DNA from: Eledone cirrhosa
Lineage: Eukaryota
Reading direction: 5' to 3'
Length of the DNA: 64,000 nt
Assembly (NCBI GenBank): GCA_964016885.1
Contig: OZ024741.1
Span: 124,496,001 to 124,560,000 of the forward strand
In this document: piece after piece, positions 39,876 through 53,477 of the stretch
Position numbering within the stretch: the first letter of the stretch is position 1
Layout of the letters: each line of letters begins with the position of its first letter
Notes under the pieces: generated by a model
The model's database searches: none
What the model was told of the DNA's origin: nothing
Seen by the model: the letters and a program-made list of their open reading frames with translations, nothing else
Made by a program: the position numbers and the translations under genes

Positions 39876-40342
39876 ATGCTGAAACTTTACTCACTCCAAC
39901 GTCGCCGTGAGCGTTATATTATCTGCATGATGTGGAAAATGTTCCATCATCACTGCCCAAATGATGTTGGCATCGCCTTCAAGATACACCCAAGGCTTGG
40001 GCCCCGTGCTATCCGTCCCATTCAAAAATCTAAATCGCAACTCATAACAACAATACGGCACAATTATTTCACCTCAATCGGCCCTGCTCTCTTCAACATC
40101 ACACCAGGACACGTCAAAACAGAAACTGACCACACAAAATTCAAGAAGTCTTTGGACAAATTCCTCCAAGTAATCCCGGACAAACCACCCACACCCGGAT
40201 ATGTCTCCGCAAACAGTAATTCTCTTCTCGAATGGGCCATGGTGCCCAAATCCTGAATTGAAAGACTTCGCCAGGTGGTGCTATTAAGTTAGACATGGCC
40301 TGGGCCAATACTGGCCAAAACATTTCAAAGTTATTCAAAGTT
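39876..40342 (+). mobile_element. LINE 3' end (CR1/L2-group-like) inserted in (TA)n
   Basis: [13 protein letters not shown]...GPALFN...[13 protein letters not shown]; short 3' UTR ending in repeated TTCAAAGTTA. Confidence 0.8.
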
Positions 40343-40457
40343 ATATATATATATATATATATATATCCATATATATACAAATATACACACACATACACAG
40401 ACCTATACATAAGTATACACATATATATATACAGACATATAACGCATATATACACAC

Positions 40458-40516
<59 letters not shown>

Positions 40517-40593
40517 CATACACACACACACACACACACACACAAATATATATACACACTCTCTCTCACGCACATATATATATATACACATAT

Positions 40594-40689
<96 letters not shown>

Positions 40690-40740
40690 CATACACATAC
40701 ACACACATATATATATATATACGCACCTGCCCACACAACA

Positions 40741-40773
<33 letters not shown>

Positions 40774-40782
40774 TACACACAT

Positions 40783-40854
<72 letters not shown>

Positions 40855-41830
40855 ATACATATACATATATATATATAAACATACATATATACATACACAT
40901 ACACATACATACATACATACAAATACACATATATACACATATATATATACATATATATATACACATATATATACACATATTTACATACACATACATACAT
41001 AAATATACACACATAAAACACATATACACACAAACATATATATATATATATATACACATACACATACATATACACACATACAAACAAACATATACACATA
41101 CAAATAAATAGGTACTCAATAAATATACGCATATACGCAGGCACATAAAGACACCTCTACAGGCAAAAAAATGTAGATACGAAAGAGGTACTCACATAAC
41201 CATAGTGGCCGTATTTCAGGTTGATGAGGGGTGGGGGTAGGGTGGGGAGGAGGTATAGGGGCCAATAGGGGGAGGTCGTTTCTAGCCATCGGGCTTTAAC
41301 ACTGGCTTAAAGTGTTTGAAAGTTGCAAAGTTCTTGTGCATGCAGTTCGGGCTGTGTTCAGAGAGTTTGTTCAGTAGCGGGCCCTTGGCGAATAAAATTT
41401 CGTAGCTCTCTGAAATACAAATACATTTATATATATGTGTATATGTATACAACTTTCAAACACTTTAAGCCAGTATTAAAGCCCGATGGCTAAAAACGAC
41501 CTCCCCCTATTGGCCCCTATACCTCCTCCCCACCCTACCCCCACCCCTCCTCAACCTGAAATACGGCCACTATGGTTATGTGAGTACCTCTTTCGTATCT
41601 ACATTTTTTTTGCCTGTAGAGGTGTCTTTATGTGCCTGCGTATATGCGTATATTTATTGAGTACCTATTTATTTGTATGTGTATATATTTGTTTGTATGT
41701 GTGTATATGTATGTTTATGTGTATATATATATATGTTTGTGTGTATATGTGTTTTATGTGTGTATATTTATGTATGTATGTGTATGTATATATGTGTATA
41801 TATATGTGTATATATATATGTATATATATA

Positions 41831-42820
41831 CATTATGAAGAGAGAAGAAACATTTAGATATAATTAGTAATAAAATGTATCATACCTAAACTGCTCCTAA
41901 ATTCCTCGACTACGTAGTTTCGTGGCATAAACAAAAACAGTATATCATAAAGATATTATGCCACGAAACTACGTAGTCGAGGAATTTAGGAGCAGTTTAG
42001 GTATGATACATTTTATTACTAATTATATCTAAATGTTTCTTCTCTCTTCATAATGTATTTTTAACTCTGATACTGGTTCAGTCTAGTTCAACTGAATTGG
42101 TCTGTCCCGGTCATTCATTGAGCAACATCGGTGAAGTTGGCACCCTTAACTCACAGTTGGGTGCGGATGCATTCATGTATATATGTGTGTGTCCGCATGT
42201 ATCTGTGTGTTTCTAAATATATTGTTAATGACTCCCTCTGGTCGAGCAATCTTTGAAGCGTGGGGACAACTGGAAAGCTTCCATTACTCATACTTCTAGC
42301 CTTCTTCACCACCTCTTCTGCGGCCTCGATATGAATACCCCCTCCGCCTCCGTGGTATTTTCTTCGTGGTTATAAGAGGCTTAGCTCTGTTTCTCGACCG
42401 TTATATCGCGTGACTATCTCCCCCTCCGCCTTTTGGGATTCTTTCTCACGTCGTGTAGACGCGTTCTTGAGACTAGTAAAATGAGGTATCCTCTTGATAA
42501 GTCGGCAGACCTCGCAGGGACTCTATATCTTTATGATATACTGTTTTTGTTTATGCCACGAAACTACGTAGTCGAGGAATTTAGGAGCAGTTTAGGTATG
42601 ATACATTTTATTACTAATTATATCTAAATGTTTCTTCTCTCTTCATAATGTATTTTTAACTCTGATACTGGTTCAGTCTAGTTCAACTGAATTGGTCTGT
42701 CCCGGTCATTCATTGAGCAACATCGGTGAAGTTGGCACCCTTAACTCACAGTTGGGTGCGGATGCATTCATGTATATATGTGTGTCCGCATGTATCTGTG
42801 TGTTTCTAAATATATTGTTA
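41831..42820 (+). mobile_element. Retrozyme-like repeat (595-nt unit) with inverted 5' cap
   Basis: Direct repeat 41957-42228 / 42551-42820; inverted piece 41831-41956; GTC sites at 41976-41978 and 42571-42573. Confidence 0.75.
42489..42578 (+). ncRNA. Type I hammerhead ribozyme, U3-A8 variant
   Basis: TCCTC-TTGATAA-GTCGGCA..TGCCAC-GAAA-CTACGTAG-TC-GAGGA. Confidence 0.8.
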
Positions 42821-42822
42821 TG

Positions 42823-42853
<31 letters not shown>

Positions 42854-42933
42854 GTCTATGTGTATGTATGTATGTATGTATGTATGTATGTGTATGTATA
42901 TATGTATGTTTATATATATATGTATATGTATAT

Positions 42934-43015
<82 letters not shown>

Positions 43016-43024
43016 ATGTGTGTA

Positions 43025-43058
<34 letters not shown>

Positions 43059-43259
43059 GTTGTGTGGGCAGGTGCGTATATATATATATGTGTGTGTATG
43101 TGTATGTATATGTATATATATATATATATAGTTCCCCATATATAGTTCCTCCAGTTCCCCAGTGAATTAACAACCCAACGAGGAACTGGGCATATCAGAG
43201 TATTGACAATATCATACACCTAAACAACATATGTACTTGTCTATACCATACTAATTCAA

Positions 43260-43314
43260 ACTGCCTGAAGAGGTCACAGCCAAAGATGGCTGTCACTGAA
43301 ATATATATAGCAGT
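43260..43314 (+). ncRNA. Type I hammerhead ribozyme in solo fragment ~43130-43365
   Basis: ACTGC-CTGAAGA-GGTCACAGC..GCTGTCACT-GAAA-TATATA-TA-GCAGT then AATAAA. Confidence 0.88.
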
Positions 43315-43358
43315 AATAAACGAAGCTAAATTTTAATCATTTGACTTTTATTTAACTT

Positions 43359-43406
<48 letters not shown>

Positions 43407-43613
43407 ATATGTGTATCTATATATATATATGTGCGTGAGAGAGAGTGTGTATATATATTTGTGTGTGTATGTGTGTATGTGTGTATGCGTATGTACATAT
43501 ATACATATATATATATGTATATATGTGTGTATATATGCGTTATATGTCTGTATATATATATGTGTATACTTATGTATAGGTCTGTGTATGTGTGTGTATA
43601 TTTGTATATATAT

Positions 43614-43728
<115 letters not shown>

Positions 43729-43864
43729 CATATGCATGTGTATGTGTGTATATATATATATGTGTATATGTGTGTGCGTGTATATATATGTGTGTGTATA
43801 TGTATGTATATATATATATATATATATACATGTTTGTATGTGTGTGTGTGTGTATGTGTGTGTA

Positions 43865-43934
<70 letters not shown>

Positions 43935-43988
43935 CGTATATATATATGTATTTATATATATGTGTATATGTATGTTTGTATGTATGTT

Positions 43989-44045
<57 letters not shown>

Positions 44046-44120
44046 ATATGTATGTATATCTGTGTATATTTTTATATATATATATATATTTATGTATATA
44101 TATATATGTATGTATGTGTA

Positions 44121-44161
<41 letters not shown>

Positions 44162-44228
44162 ATATGTGTGTATGTATTTGTCTATATATGTATGTATGTG
44201 TATGTGTGTGTGTATATGTGTATGTATA

Positions 44229-44283
<55 letters not shown>

Positions 44284-44367
44284 ATATATGTGTGTGTATA
44301 TATATGTGTATATGTGTATATATGTGTGTATGTGTATATATATATGAATATATGTATGAATGGTGTA

Positions 44368-44424
<57 letters not shown>

Positions 44425-44501
44425 ATATATATGTATATATATGTATATATATGTATATATATATATGTATGTATGGTGCCTTTTCCTTATATATGTGTAT
44501 A

Positions 44502-44572
<71 letters not shown>

Positions 44573-44618
44573 GTGTGTGTTTGTATGTGTATATATGTGT
44601 TTGTGTGTATATATATAT

Positions 44619-44672
<54 letters not shown>

Positions 44673-44811
44673 GAATATATATATATATATGTATATGAGT
44701 ATATATATGTGTGTGTGTGTTTGTGTGTATGTGTGTGTATATGTATATATGTGTGTGTATGTGTTTTTTTATATATATATATATATGTTTGTGTATGTAT
44801 ATATATATGTG

Positions 44812-44881
<70 letters not shown>

Positions 44882-45081
44882 TGTATATGTATATATATGT
44901 GTATATGTGTATATATATGTATATATCTGTGTATATATATGTATATATATCTATATGTATTTGTGTGTATTTGTATACACATGTATATTTGTGTTTGTAT
45001 GTATGTGTGTGAGTGTATTTATATGTGTATATATGTGTGTGTGAGTGTATATATATGTATGTGTGTGTGTATGTATATATA

Positions 45082-45174
<93 letters not shown>

Positions 45175-45751
45175 GTGTATGTATATGTATGTATATGAAT
45201 ATATTTATATATATGTGTGTGTGTTTTTATGTGTGTATATGTGTTTGTGTGTGTGTTTATGGTTGCGCGTGAGTGTGTGAGTGAGTATGTTTTTTTGTGA
45301 ATGTGTCTGTTGAATTTTGGCATATAGTTGATTAGTTTAAGAGAAGTTCGAAGATAATTGTAAGATATGCACTCAGTATTTTGAATCTGTCTACAGAATT
45401 CTCTAGACCTTTGTCACTTAGTAGAACCTTAATGATTTTAGCTTTTAAAGAATCTCCCTTTTTTTTAATTCTATCGACCATGACTGACCCACCACTGATC
45501 TTATAGACATCTGTTTGCTTAAGAGAAACTTAATGACAAGGAATGGTAAGCCATCCGGAACCTGTTTATAGAATTCTGTCTGCCCTTGTTACTCTAAAAA
45601 CATAAATAAATAAAAATAAACTATAGCTTTGTAGAATTAGCTTTTAATGAATTCCCTTTTCTATCAACCAATGACCTACACCCATCCCACTCCCCACCCT
45701 CTCCTACCACTTGTAGAGACCTATAAATACCATTTTTATTTTTTGATACCC

Positions 45752-45802
45752 AGATTCCTGATGATTTCTAATGAATGAAACAGTTCTAGTCCTGTAGAAT
45801 CT
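45752..45802 (+). ncRNA. Type I hammerhead ribozyme
   Basis: AGATTC-CTGATGA-..-GAAA-CAG(ttctagtc)CTG-TA-GAATCT. Confidence 0.85.
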
Positions 45803-45838
45803 CATCTATATTAAAAGTTATATATATATATATATATA

Positions 45839-47780
45839 CGTGGGAAAGTAAAAAAATCGGAGAATAGACCGTTAAAACATGTTTATTTAAAACAGCACCT
45901 ACGTACGTTTCGCCCAGTTGGGCGTGTCAAGGGCATAAATAATCACAAGTGTTCCTTATATTGCTCGGAAAGAGTTTTTGGGGTTAAATCCACATCAAGG
46001 TTCATTGCTCGCAAAAATATCTTGTTTTGATTTTGCAGCAGGTCAAGGGAGGTAACTCTGGCCGGTGTTAGGGCAGTCTTTGCCGGACATTTTTTTTTTC
46101 CGCATCCGTTTGTCTGAGGCTGGGTCTGGTATGCAAGGATTGTTTCCTGGGTGTTATTTTGCAGCGCCTGCCCGCCGGGGTGTTAAGACTTGTTGCAGGG
46201 AGATCCAGTGTACTGTTTCACTCTTCATCCTTAACCCATTTGAAGAAGGATATTTTTAAGCGATGTGTACAACTTATCGCTGTTTCAGCTCTGCTGTTGA
46301 TGAGCTCGTGGGGTGCAGTTATGCTGTGGTAGAGCTCCATGAGGCAAATATCGCATTTCCTCTTGAAGTTGTACGGTGAAACCCTGCCGACAATCTCCCA
46401 GTGCGTGGAGAAGCTGATGTTTAAGTCCTTTAGTGATGTGATGTAGTCCGCGAGCGAAGTGGAGTGCCTTAGTTTTCTATTTGTGAAAGAGTGGAGATGT
46501 GTTCGAAACCTAATCTTGAACGGGCCGGAGGTGGCCCCTATATAATGTTTAACGCTATTGTGGCTAGTAATAGTGCATCTATATATAACCCTATCAGTCA
46601 AGCAGTATCCTCTAAGGGGGCAGCGTCCTCTGTCGCGGCAGTTTCAATTTCTGTCGCGGTTCCGTCTATTTCCCACGTTGTTACCTACGCTACCGCAGCT
46701 GTCGTTAGCACAATTACAACCCACAGCACGCGGGGTGGTGCGATTGTTATTGCGCACGTCATGTTCTGCATGTTCCCCAGTCATTTCGCGGTTATTCTGG
46801 TTGCGTCTGCGGATGCCGTTGCCAACACTCTTGGATGCTGCCAGGGAGTTGTTAAGGCCGATATAGTTATTGTCAGGTGTAGGTGCGTCTGTGTCGAGGT
46901 GCTGTGTCTTGGTGATCTTACTGTGGTTCGTTGTTCCTATGATGTCTGCTAGGTTAGGAGTAGTAGAGAAGGATATTTTTATATTGTTCCTATTAAGAAT
47001 TTTTCTATACCTATGGTTGGGCGAGAAGTTCTTCTCTAAGGCTTCGAAGAACATCCGGGGTAAGTTGGAGGCCACACTCCGAGAGTAGGGGGGTAGAACC
47101 ATAGGACGTTACGGTGGCGATTACGTGTCCTTGTACTTTTGCTACGGGTGGTTCCATCTAAGTGACCGCTCTTATGTGTGTTAATGCGCAGTCGCCCGTT
47201 CGGTGCCCCTGTCACTTTATGCTCGGGTTCACTCTTTCTACCTCTTCCACGTTTATGTACACGAAGATGTTGCTTGGAAGGCGTTGGTAGTAGGCCGTCG
47301 CCTTTGTTGGTTTTGTAATAGGGGAATAGTTTGAGTAATCTACAGTGTTTACCGTCGCCGGGGACGTGATCTTTGGTGCGGTTATGTATTCTATTATATC
47401 CGACTTCAACGAGGTCGCCGCGTGATCGGTTATAGGTATGGCTTACTATAACGTTAGTTTTATGAGGGGGGTGGTTTCTAGAGCTAGCGTTAGGGATGTA
47501 GGAAATTCCTCGGTTAAAGCCGGCGCTTATCAGGGCCCTATTGTAGTAATCCGCCGCTTGGTTGAAGATATCCTCATTGGCGGATAGCCTCGAGATTCTA
47601 TGTGAGATACTATAGACTATGGAGTTGAGAGTCTGCTTAGGGTGGTTGGAGGCATAATTAATATAAGAGAGGCACTCTCCAGGCTTATGGTATGGCTTGT
47701 ATAAGCCCGTACTCAACTCCAGGGTTACGTCCAGGAAGTTGACAACCCTGTGGTTGAGGTCCATAGTTACGGATAGGCAG
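45839..47780 (-). mobile_element. Penelope-like element 4 (GC-richer family), 5' truncated
   Basis: NFLDVTL, YKPYHKP, SNHP, WFYPP, KILNRNNIKISFS, N*NCRDRGRCPL, YIGATSGPFKIRF, CDICLME; variant HHR near 3' end. Confidence 0.88.
45895..45934 (-). ncRNA. Hammerhead-like motif, U3-A8 plus A9C variant
   Basis: Minus: GCCC-TTGACAC-GCCC(aact)GGGC-GAAA-CGTACG-TA-GGTGC. Confidence 0.65.
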
Positions 47781-48264
47781 TCATGGCCAATATTGCTCGA
47801 CAAATGAATTGGAGATAATTATAAAGAATTTATATCTAGTAACATTTATATACATACAGATGCATTTGTCGAGCAATATTGGCCATGACTGCTGCTATAG
47901 TAGTAGGCAGGCCGCTGTCTTATTAACAACTCGCTTTCCACTGATTGACCTCGATGTCACGTGATTGATTCTTTTTGAATTTTCCACAGACATAGAGGCA
48001 GTGATTTTCTCAATGGCTAGGATTTCAGTCCACGCTTCGCTATTTCCTTTCCACTGAATTATTTTTTTTAATAAGTTTGCAGAGTCGTCGCTATGCCTGG
48101 AAACTTACATGAAAAGAGACTTTCCTGACGACGGAATGCTTTTCTATATATTCTTCGGAAAATATATTTACTCCATTCCAGAAACTAATTAGTTGGAAGT
48201 GATATTTTAGTAAGCAAGTCAATTTTATAATTTTTTAATAATTTAATAATTTTCTTATCTTACG

Positions 48265-48345
<81 letters not shown>

Positions 48346-48350
48346 CGCAC

Positions 48351-48396
<46 letters not shown>

Positions 48397-48433
48397 CCAA
48401 TAGCCGAAAAGCGATTCTCGCTAATTTATATTA

Positions 48434-48486
<53 letters not shown>

Positions 48487-48489
48487 AAT

Positions 48490-48603
48490 TATTTCTACTT
48501 TTGGTACAAGGCCAGCAATTTTCCCACTACAGTACTAGTACTTTATTTTATCGACCCCGTAAAGATGAAAGGCAAAGTTAACCTCGGCGGCATTTGAACT
48601 CAA
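48490..48603 (-). mobile_element. SINE, 5'-truncated
   Basis: Family match (ACAAGGCCAGCAATT..TCGACCCCGTAAAGATGAAAGGC). Confidence 0.75.
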
Positions 48604-48647
48604 ACCATATATATATATATTTTAATGTATAATAAACAATACAATAT

Positions 48648-48725
48648 AACTACCTCATTACCAGAGGTTTCTCGAATAAGACGAATACAAAAAACGTCCT
48701 CAATCGTTCGTCAGACAAGGCAATT
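48648..48725 (-). ncRNA. Type I hammerhead ribozyme, solo 3' end of the PLE1 family
   Basis: Reverse complement matches 13151-13250 with an intact CTGACGA core. Confidence 0.82.
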
Positions 48726-48756
48726 TTATATATATATATATATATATAAATAATAT

Positions 48757-48950
48757 ATATAGATGAGATTCTACAGGACTAGAACTGTTTCATTCATTAG
48801 AAATCATCATGAGATTCCTGATGATTTCTAATGAATGAAACAGTTCTAGTCCAGTAGAATCTCATCTATATTAAAACTTTTATACTCTGCTATGTATTGA
48901 GTACCTTACTTACTGTGGTTACCTCCGATTCAACCCGGAATAACGTAAAT
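48757..48950 (+). mobile_element. Solo 3' end of PLE3 family with HHR (48812-48862) and inverted partial cap
   Basis: Matches 45752-45815 and 37722-37855; inverted copy 48757-48809. Confidence 0.8.
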
Positions 48951-48969
48951 AATATATATATATATATAT

Positions 48970-49465
48970 AAACGGAAAAAATGAAACGAAATTTCATTTC
49001 CCACTCTTAGTACGGCTGTTACTTAAATATAAGTATGTATACGTACATACATATATGTGTACATATGTATAAATTTCGTTTCATTTTTTCAGTTTATCGT
49101 TTTCGGTGCACCCGGCCGATTAACCCACTCGATATACAAATTGGGCTACTCAGCCGTTAATATGCATAAGGAAAGTAGATACTTTCGGACGTTCAACTAT
49201 CTGGCAGGAAGGTGTACGTTGCTGACGATAGCTAACAAGCTTGAAACTAGTACAGCGTTCCTTTGTTAGTGTTGAACAAACGAGCAACGGTGGTTGTTAG
49301 ACACTACGGCTTAATACGGGATGTTTGTTTACAAACACACCGAGCATTATAATAAATGTTTGGTGAATCCATACGTACATATATATATATATATGTGTGC
49401 ATGTATGTATATATATATACATACTACTGTACGTCTGTATACATATATGTATGTACGTATACATA

Positions 49466-49503
<38 letters not shown>

Positions 49504-49719
49504 TATGTACACGTACATACATATATGTATACCGACGTACAGTAGTATGTATATATATATACATACATGCACACATATATATATATATGTGCATGTATGT
49601 ATATATATATACATCCTACTGTACATCTGTATACATATATGTATGTACGTGTACATACTTATATTTAAGTAACAGCCGTACTAAGAGTGGGAAATGAAAT
49701 TTCGTTTCATTTTTTTCCG

Positions 49720-49720
<1 letters not shown>
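48970..49720 (+). mobile_element. Third copy of the ~408-nt retrozyme-like family (HHR 49216-49258)
   Basis: Begins and ends with AATTTCGTTTCATTTTTT; inverted cap 48970-49065; HHR ACGTTG-CTGACGA..GAAA-CTAG-TA-CAGCGT. Confidence 0.78.
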
Positions 49721-49776
<56 letters not shown>

Positions 49777-52099
49777 TATATACCTTTTCATAGGATTCTT
49801 CCTACTGAAAGAGTTAAGCATCTTTGTATCTAGGATATATGTTTATGCAGACAGTGATATAAATGTCAGAAGTTTCATAGTTTGTGACAGCTTCCCGGGG
49901 TTAACCTTTTAATGGTGCAGACTGTTTGGAAGATTGAAGCCATTACTGTCATAATAATATATATTATTTGTGTTTAATGTATATATACATATATATATGT
50001 GTGTTTGTGTGTGTTTCTGTGTGTGAGAGTGTGTTATATGTAGTAATGATATAAATATGTGGAAATTTCTTTCGTCAGTGTATTATAATGTGTTTAAATT
50101 TCTATATAATTGTCTTCTATTACATTGTATTTCAATGTTAACTTCCACTTCTCCACAGAATTTTAGATTATGCAAACCTGTACTTGAAGTTTCTTTCCAT
50201 GTCTACCTGTCTTTACTGCTCAGTTCCTTCTTGGCCCAGTTGTTGAGGTTAAAATAATCTGCAATATTTTCGGCCATGTTCATTTAGAAGCACAACACTT
50301 TTTTCTAGCCTCAACCCGTCATACCTTGAATAGGCTTTTAGTTTTACTTCGATGGGGGCCAATCTGGGCATGGCGCAAAGATGATTCATTTGTAGTCATT
50401 TAGTTAATAATCTGTAATAAGGCCCATAAACATTTATTTGAATTATCTCAAGGAGAGATTTTGTCCGTGTGATTGATTCCATGAATATACAGGCACCATA
50501 AATTTATCATATGCTCTGGTCCATATATGCTTCATGAGTGAAATTGGGTAAACGGAAACTATTTGGAACCCTGTCGGATAGTATGTACCGGCAATTTAAA
50601 GGGTCAAAATTACATTAAAGCTACACTCCTCTGTAAAATATGCAGCCACCTATACATTTCACTGTCTGGTTGTTCCGTTGAGTGAACAACTAAATATCTT
50701 CGAAACTGCTGATGGTTTCTTCCATTTCTTCCTCCGGGGGATATAGTGGTAGGTAGGAACAATCATTAGTATCCATTTTATTAAATGTTGAATATTAACT
50801 ATATATTATATTTTATTTTCATCGCTGGTATTTCTACATTTACTGATGAAGTGTAATATATTTTAATATAAAATGTATCTGTTTCTATCTGTATATTGTT
50901 TTTGATTTGATATTTCGAATATAATATTGAAGTTAAAGATATTATGATATTTGTGTACACATGCTTGATTATTAAACAATGGCGTGGTATGAGAAAGTTT
51001 AAACATTGGCGTAGAATCTCGCTATTGAAACAATTGTTTGGCATTATTTCACTGCAATATAAAAGAATAGGGTTAACAGTTATCACATCTTCAGGAGCAT
51101 TATTTTAAAAGAATATATATATATTAAATACAACGTATGTTTAAATAATCCAAAATATTAAATCAATATTCCTGTATGTTTTAATGAAGCGTTTGTTACA
51201 ATTTAATGAATAAAAATTGAAAAGAATTTAGTGCTAAAATTCAACGAAAATAACATTGAAACTGAAATATAATATTTCAATTTTCTATTCAACCGAATAA
51301 TAATTTTGTCTTGGCTAATTTTGAAATGGTTTCTATTCATGACGTCATTTTTCTCGTTTTTTTGTTTATTTCTATTTCATGTTTCACCTTCTAATTAAGA
51401 AACAAAGATCTCGGTATTGTTTTGTTTTTTTTTGTTTTTATTGTTCTATTGAACATGCAATACGTATTTCTTTTTAAATAAGGAAATAATTAATAATTCA
51501 CTGAACACAGTATAAAAGGAAATTGTAAAAGAAAATTGTAAAAACAAGTTTTGAACTTCATTCATTATAGATACATATATATATAAACAAAATTCTTCCT
51601 GTGATATGAGCCAATGAAGAGAATTCTTTAAAGAAAGTTGAAATTTTAATTACAAAATATATTGATAAATCATTACATTTGGAAAACAAAATTATATTCG
51701 TTAGAAGATGAAAGAGAAACGACTAAAGGAAAAAGAAATCATGAATGAAAGTTACTCTAATAAATTGTATTTTTATGATGCATTGCAATATATGTCGGTG
51801 TATATTGATCAATCATATATAAATAGTCTTCGAGGTCAGCATCCATGATCTGCGAAAAAATGAGACTGGTTTGTCTTATAAAACAATGATAACATCTTCA
51901 GGTATCATCTACATTCAGTAGATTCAATGTCCAAAGAATTTATCTTGTTCTCGTATTATCCTTTTACTTTCACTACATATTAAATATGTCCAATACTAGA
52001 TACTATATTTCGACGTATTTCTTGCATTCCCAACTCCGTGCTTTTCATTAATTTTGCATTTTATAAACAGTCATCGTTATTCATTATTTTCTAATAGTA

Positions 52100-52590
52100 G
52101 GGCGGTAGATTGGCAGTATCGGTAGAGGGACGGACACCATGCTTTTCAGCATAGATTTATTGTCCTTTATGATCTGAGTTCAAATCCCGCCAAGGTTAAC
52201 TTTGCCAATTAACGGGGTCAATAAAATAAAGTACCAGTCACGCACTGGAGTCGATTAAATCGACTTTCTCCTCCCCCAAAATTGCTGACCTTGTGCCTAT
52301 ATAAATAACAAGCCAAGATTAACTTTGCTTTTCAGGCACATGGGGCCGACAAAATGAAGTCCACTAATGCACTGAGGTCGATTTACTCGACTTTCTCCTC
52401 ATTCCAAATTGTTGGCCTTGTGCCTAAATCAGAAACCATTATATCTAGTATCAGTAGACGGTCGGACGTCCCTTTACGATCTGAGTTCAAATCCTGCCGA
52501 GGTTGACTTTGCCTTATGGGGTCGATAAAATAAAGTACCAGTAATGCACTGGTTAATTGCTGGCCTTGTGCCTAAAGTAGAAACAATTAT
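52100..52590 (+). mobile_element. Cluster of three SINE copies/fragments
   Basis: Repeated GAGTTCAAATCC..TTAACTTTGC..AAAATAAAGTACCAGT..GGCCTTGTGCCTA. Confidence 0.8.
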
Positions 52591-53299
52591 ATCTAATACG
52601 CCGAGATAATTTTGCTCTCTCTTTCATAATGTGCCACATATTTTATATTGTGCGCTTTAAAAGTGGAAAATTAACAGGAAAGGAGAAATGCTTAATTATT
52701 GATTATATTTAATATTAACATCAACACTAAATTACTTAACAATCTCAGAAATTAGATTAATGATTCCAAGTGATAGAAAGAGCAATTTGCACGGGTAAAT
52801 ATGGTGTAAATTTGCAGTCACTCGTGTTGAGTGCAAATTCAGTTAATCATTCCGAGTACAAAATAAGTAAATATATCTTCTTCTTCTTCTGCTTCTGCTA
52901 CTGCTGCTGCTGCTGTTTCTGCTTCTTTTGTTATCAACGTCTTAGTTTTCGATATATATATATATTACATAGAATCAGGTGTGGTGTCTTACTAGCATTC
53001 CTCTTCTTTATTGAATAGTTTTTGTAAGCAACGGTCGATAAATCATTTGCTGTTTGATATGCTCAACAGAGAAGACATTTGTTAATGTTCTGCCTTAAAA
53101 TATTTATTTTATCAAGCAAAATAACTGAGAAAGGAACGAGCAAATATATGCTATAGTAATAGTTAATAATAAATATATCAATTTCTTAATGCTGTATCCT
53201 AATGATGAATGATTTACTCCCAAATAATTTTAGCAAATTGCCAACGATTCTTATTCATAGCTACAGGATATAAATGAATAAGCTTTATAACTAGAAATA

Positions 53300-53477
53300 A
53301 TTGTTTCTACTTTAGGCACAAAGCCAGCAATTACCCAATACATTACTGGTACTTTATTTTATCGACCCCGTAAGGATGAAAGGTAAAGTTAACCTCGGCG
53401 GGATTTGAACTCAGACTGTAAAGGGACGTAACTATGCTAGAAAGCATGGCGTCCAGCCCTCTACCGATACTGCCAAA
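53300..53477 (-). mobile_element. SINE
   Basis: Family match; TSD-like TAGAAATAAT. Confidence 0.85.

Larger units (their letters stand above)
37722..41415 (-). mobile_element. PLE3 left arm (5'-truncated; GIY-YIG C-terminus + 3' UTR + HHR)
   Basis: 41413-41282 minus reads SESYEILFAKGPLLNKLSEHSPNCMHK...*; 3' UTR matches the right arm in inverted orientation. Confidence 0.8.

Noticed and set aside
45955-46020. Minus-strand AUGA..AA..GA as SECIS for PLE4
   Set aside because: Spacing to AA is too long and helix II pairs poorly; not called without computation.
48118-48178. CTGACGA..GAAA-ATATAT motif
   Set aside because: Stem I does not pair.
51862-51906. Minus-strand CTGAAGA motif
   Set aside because: No GAAA and no stem I.
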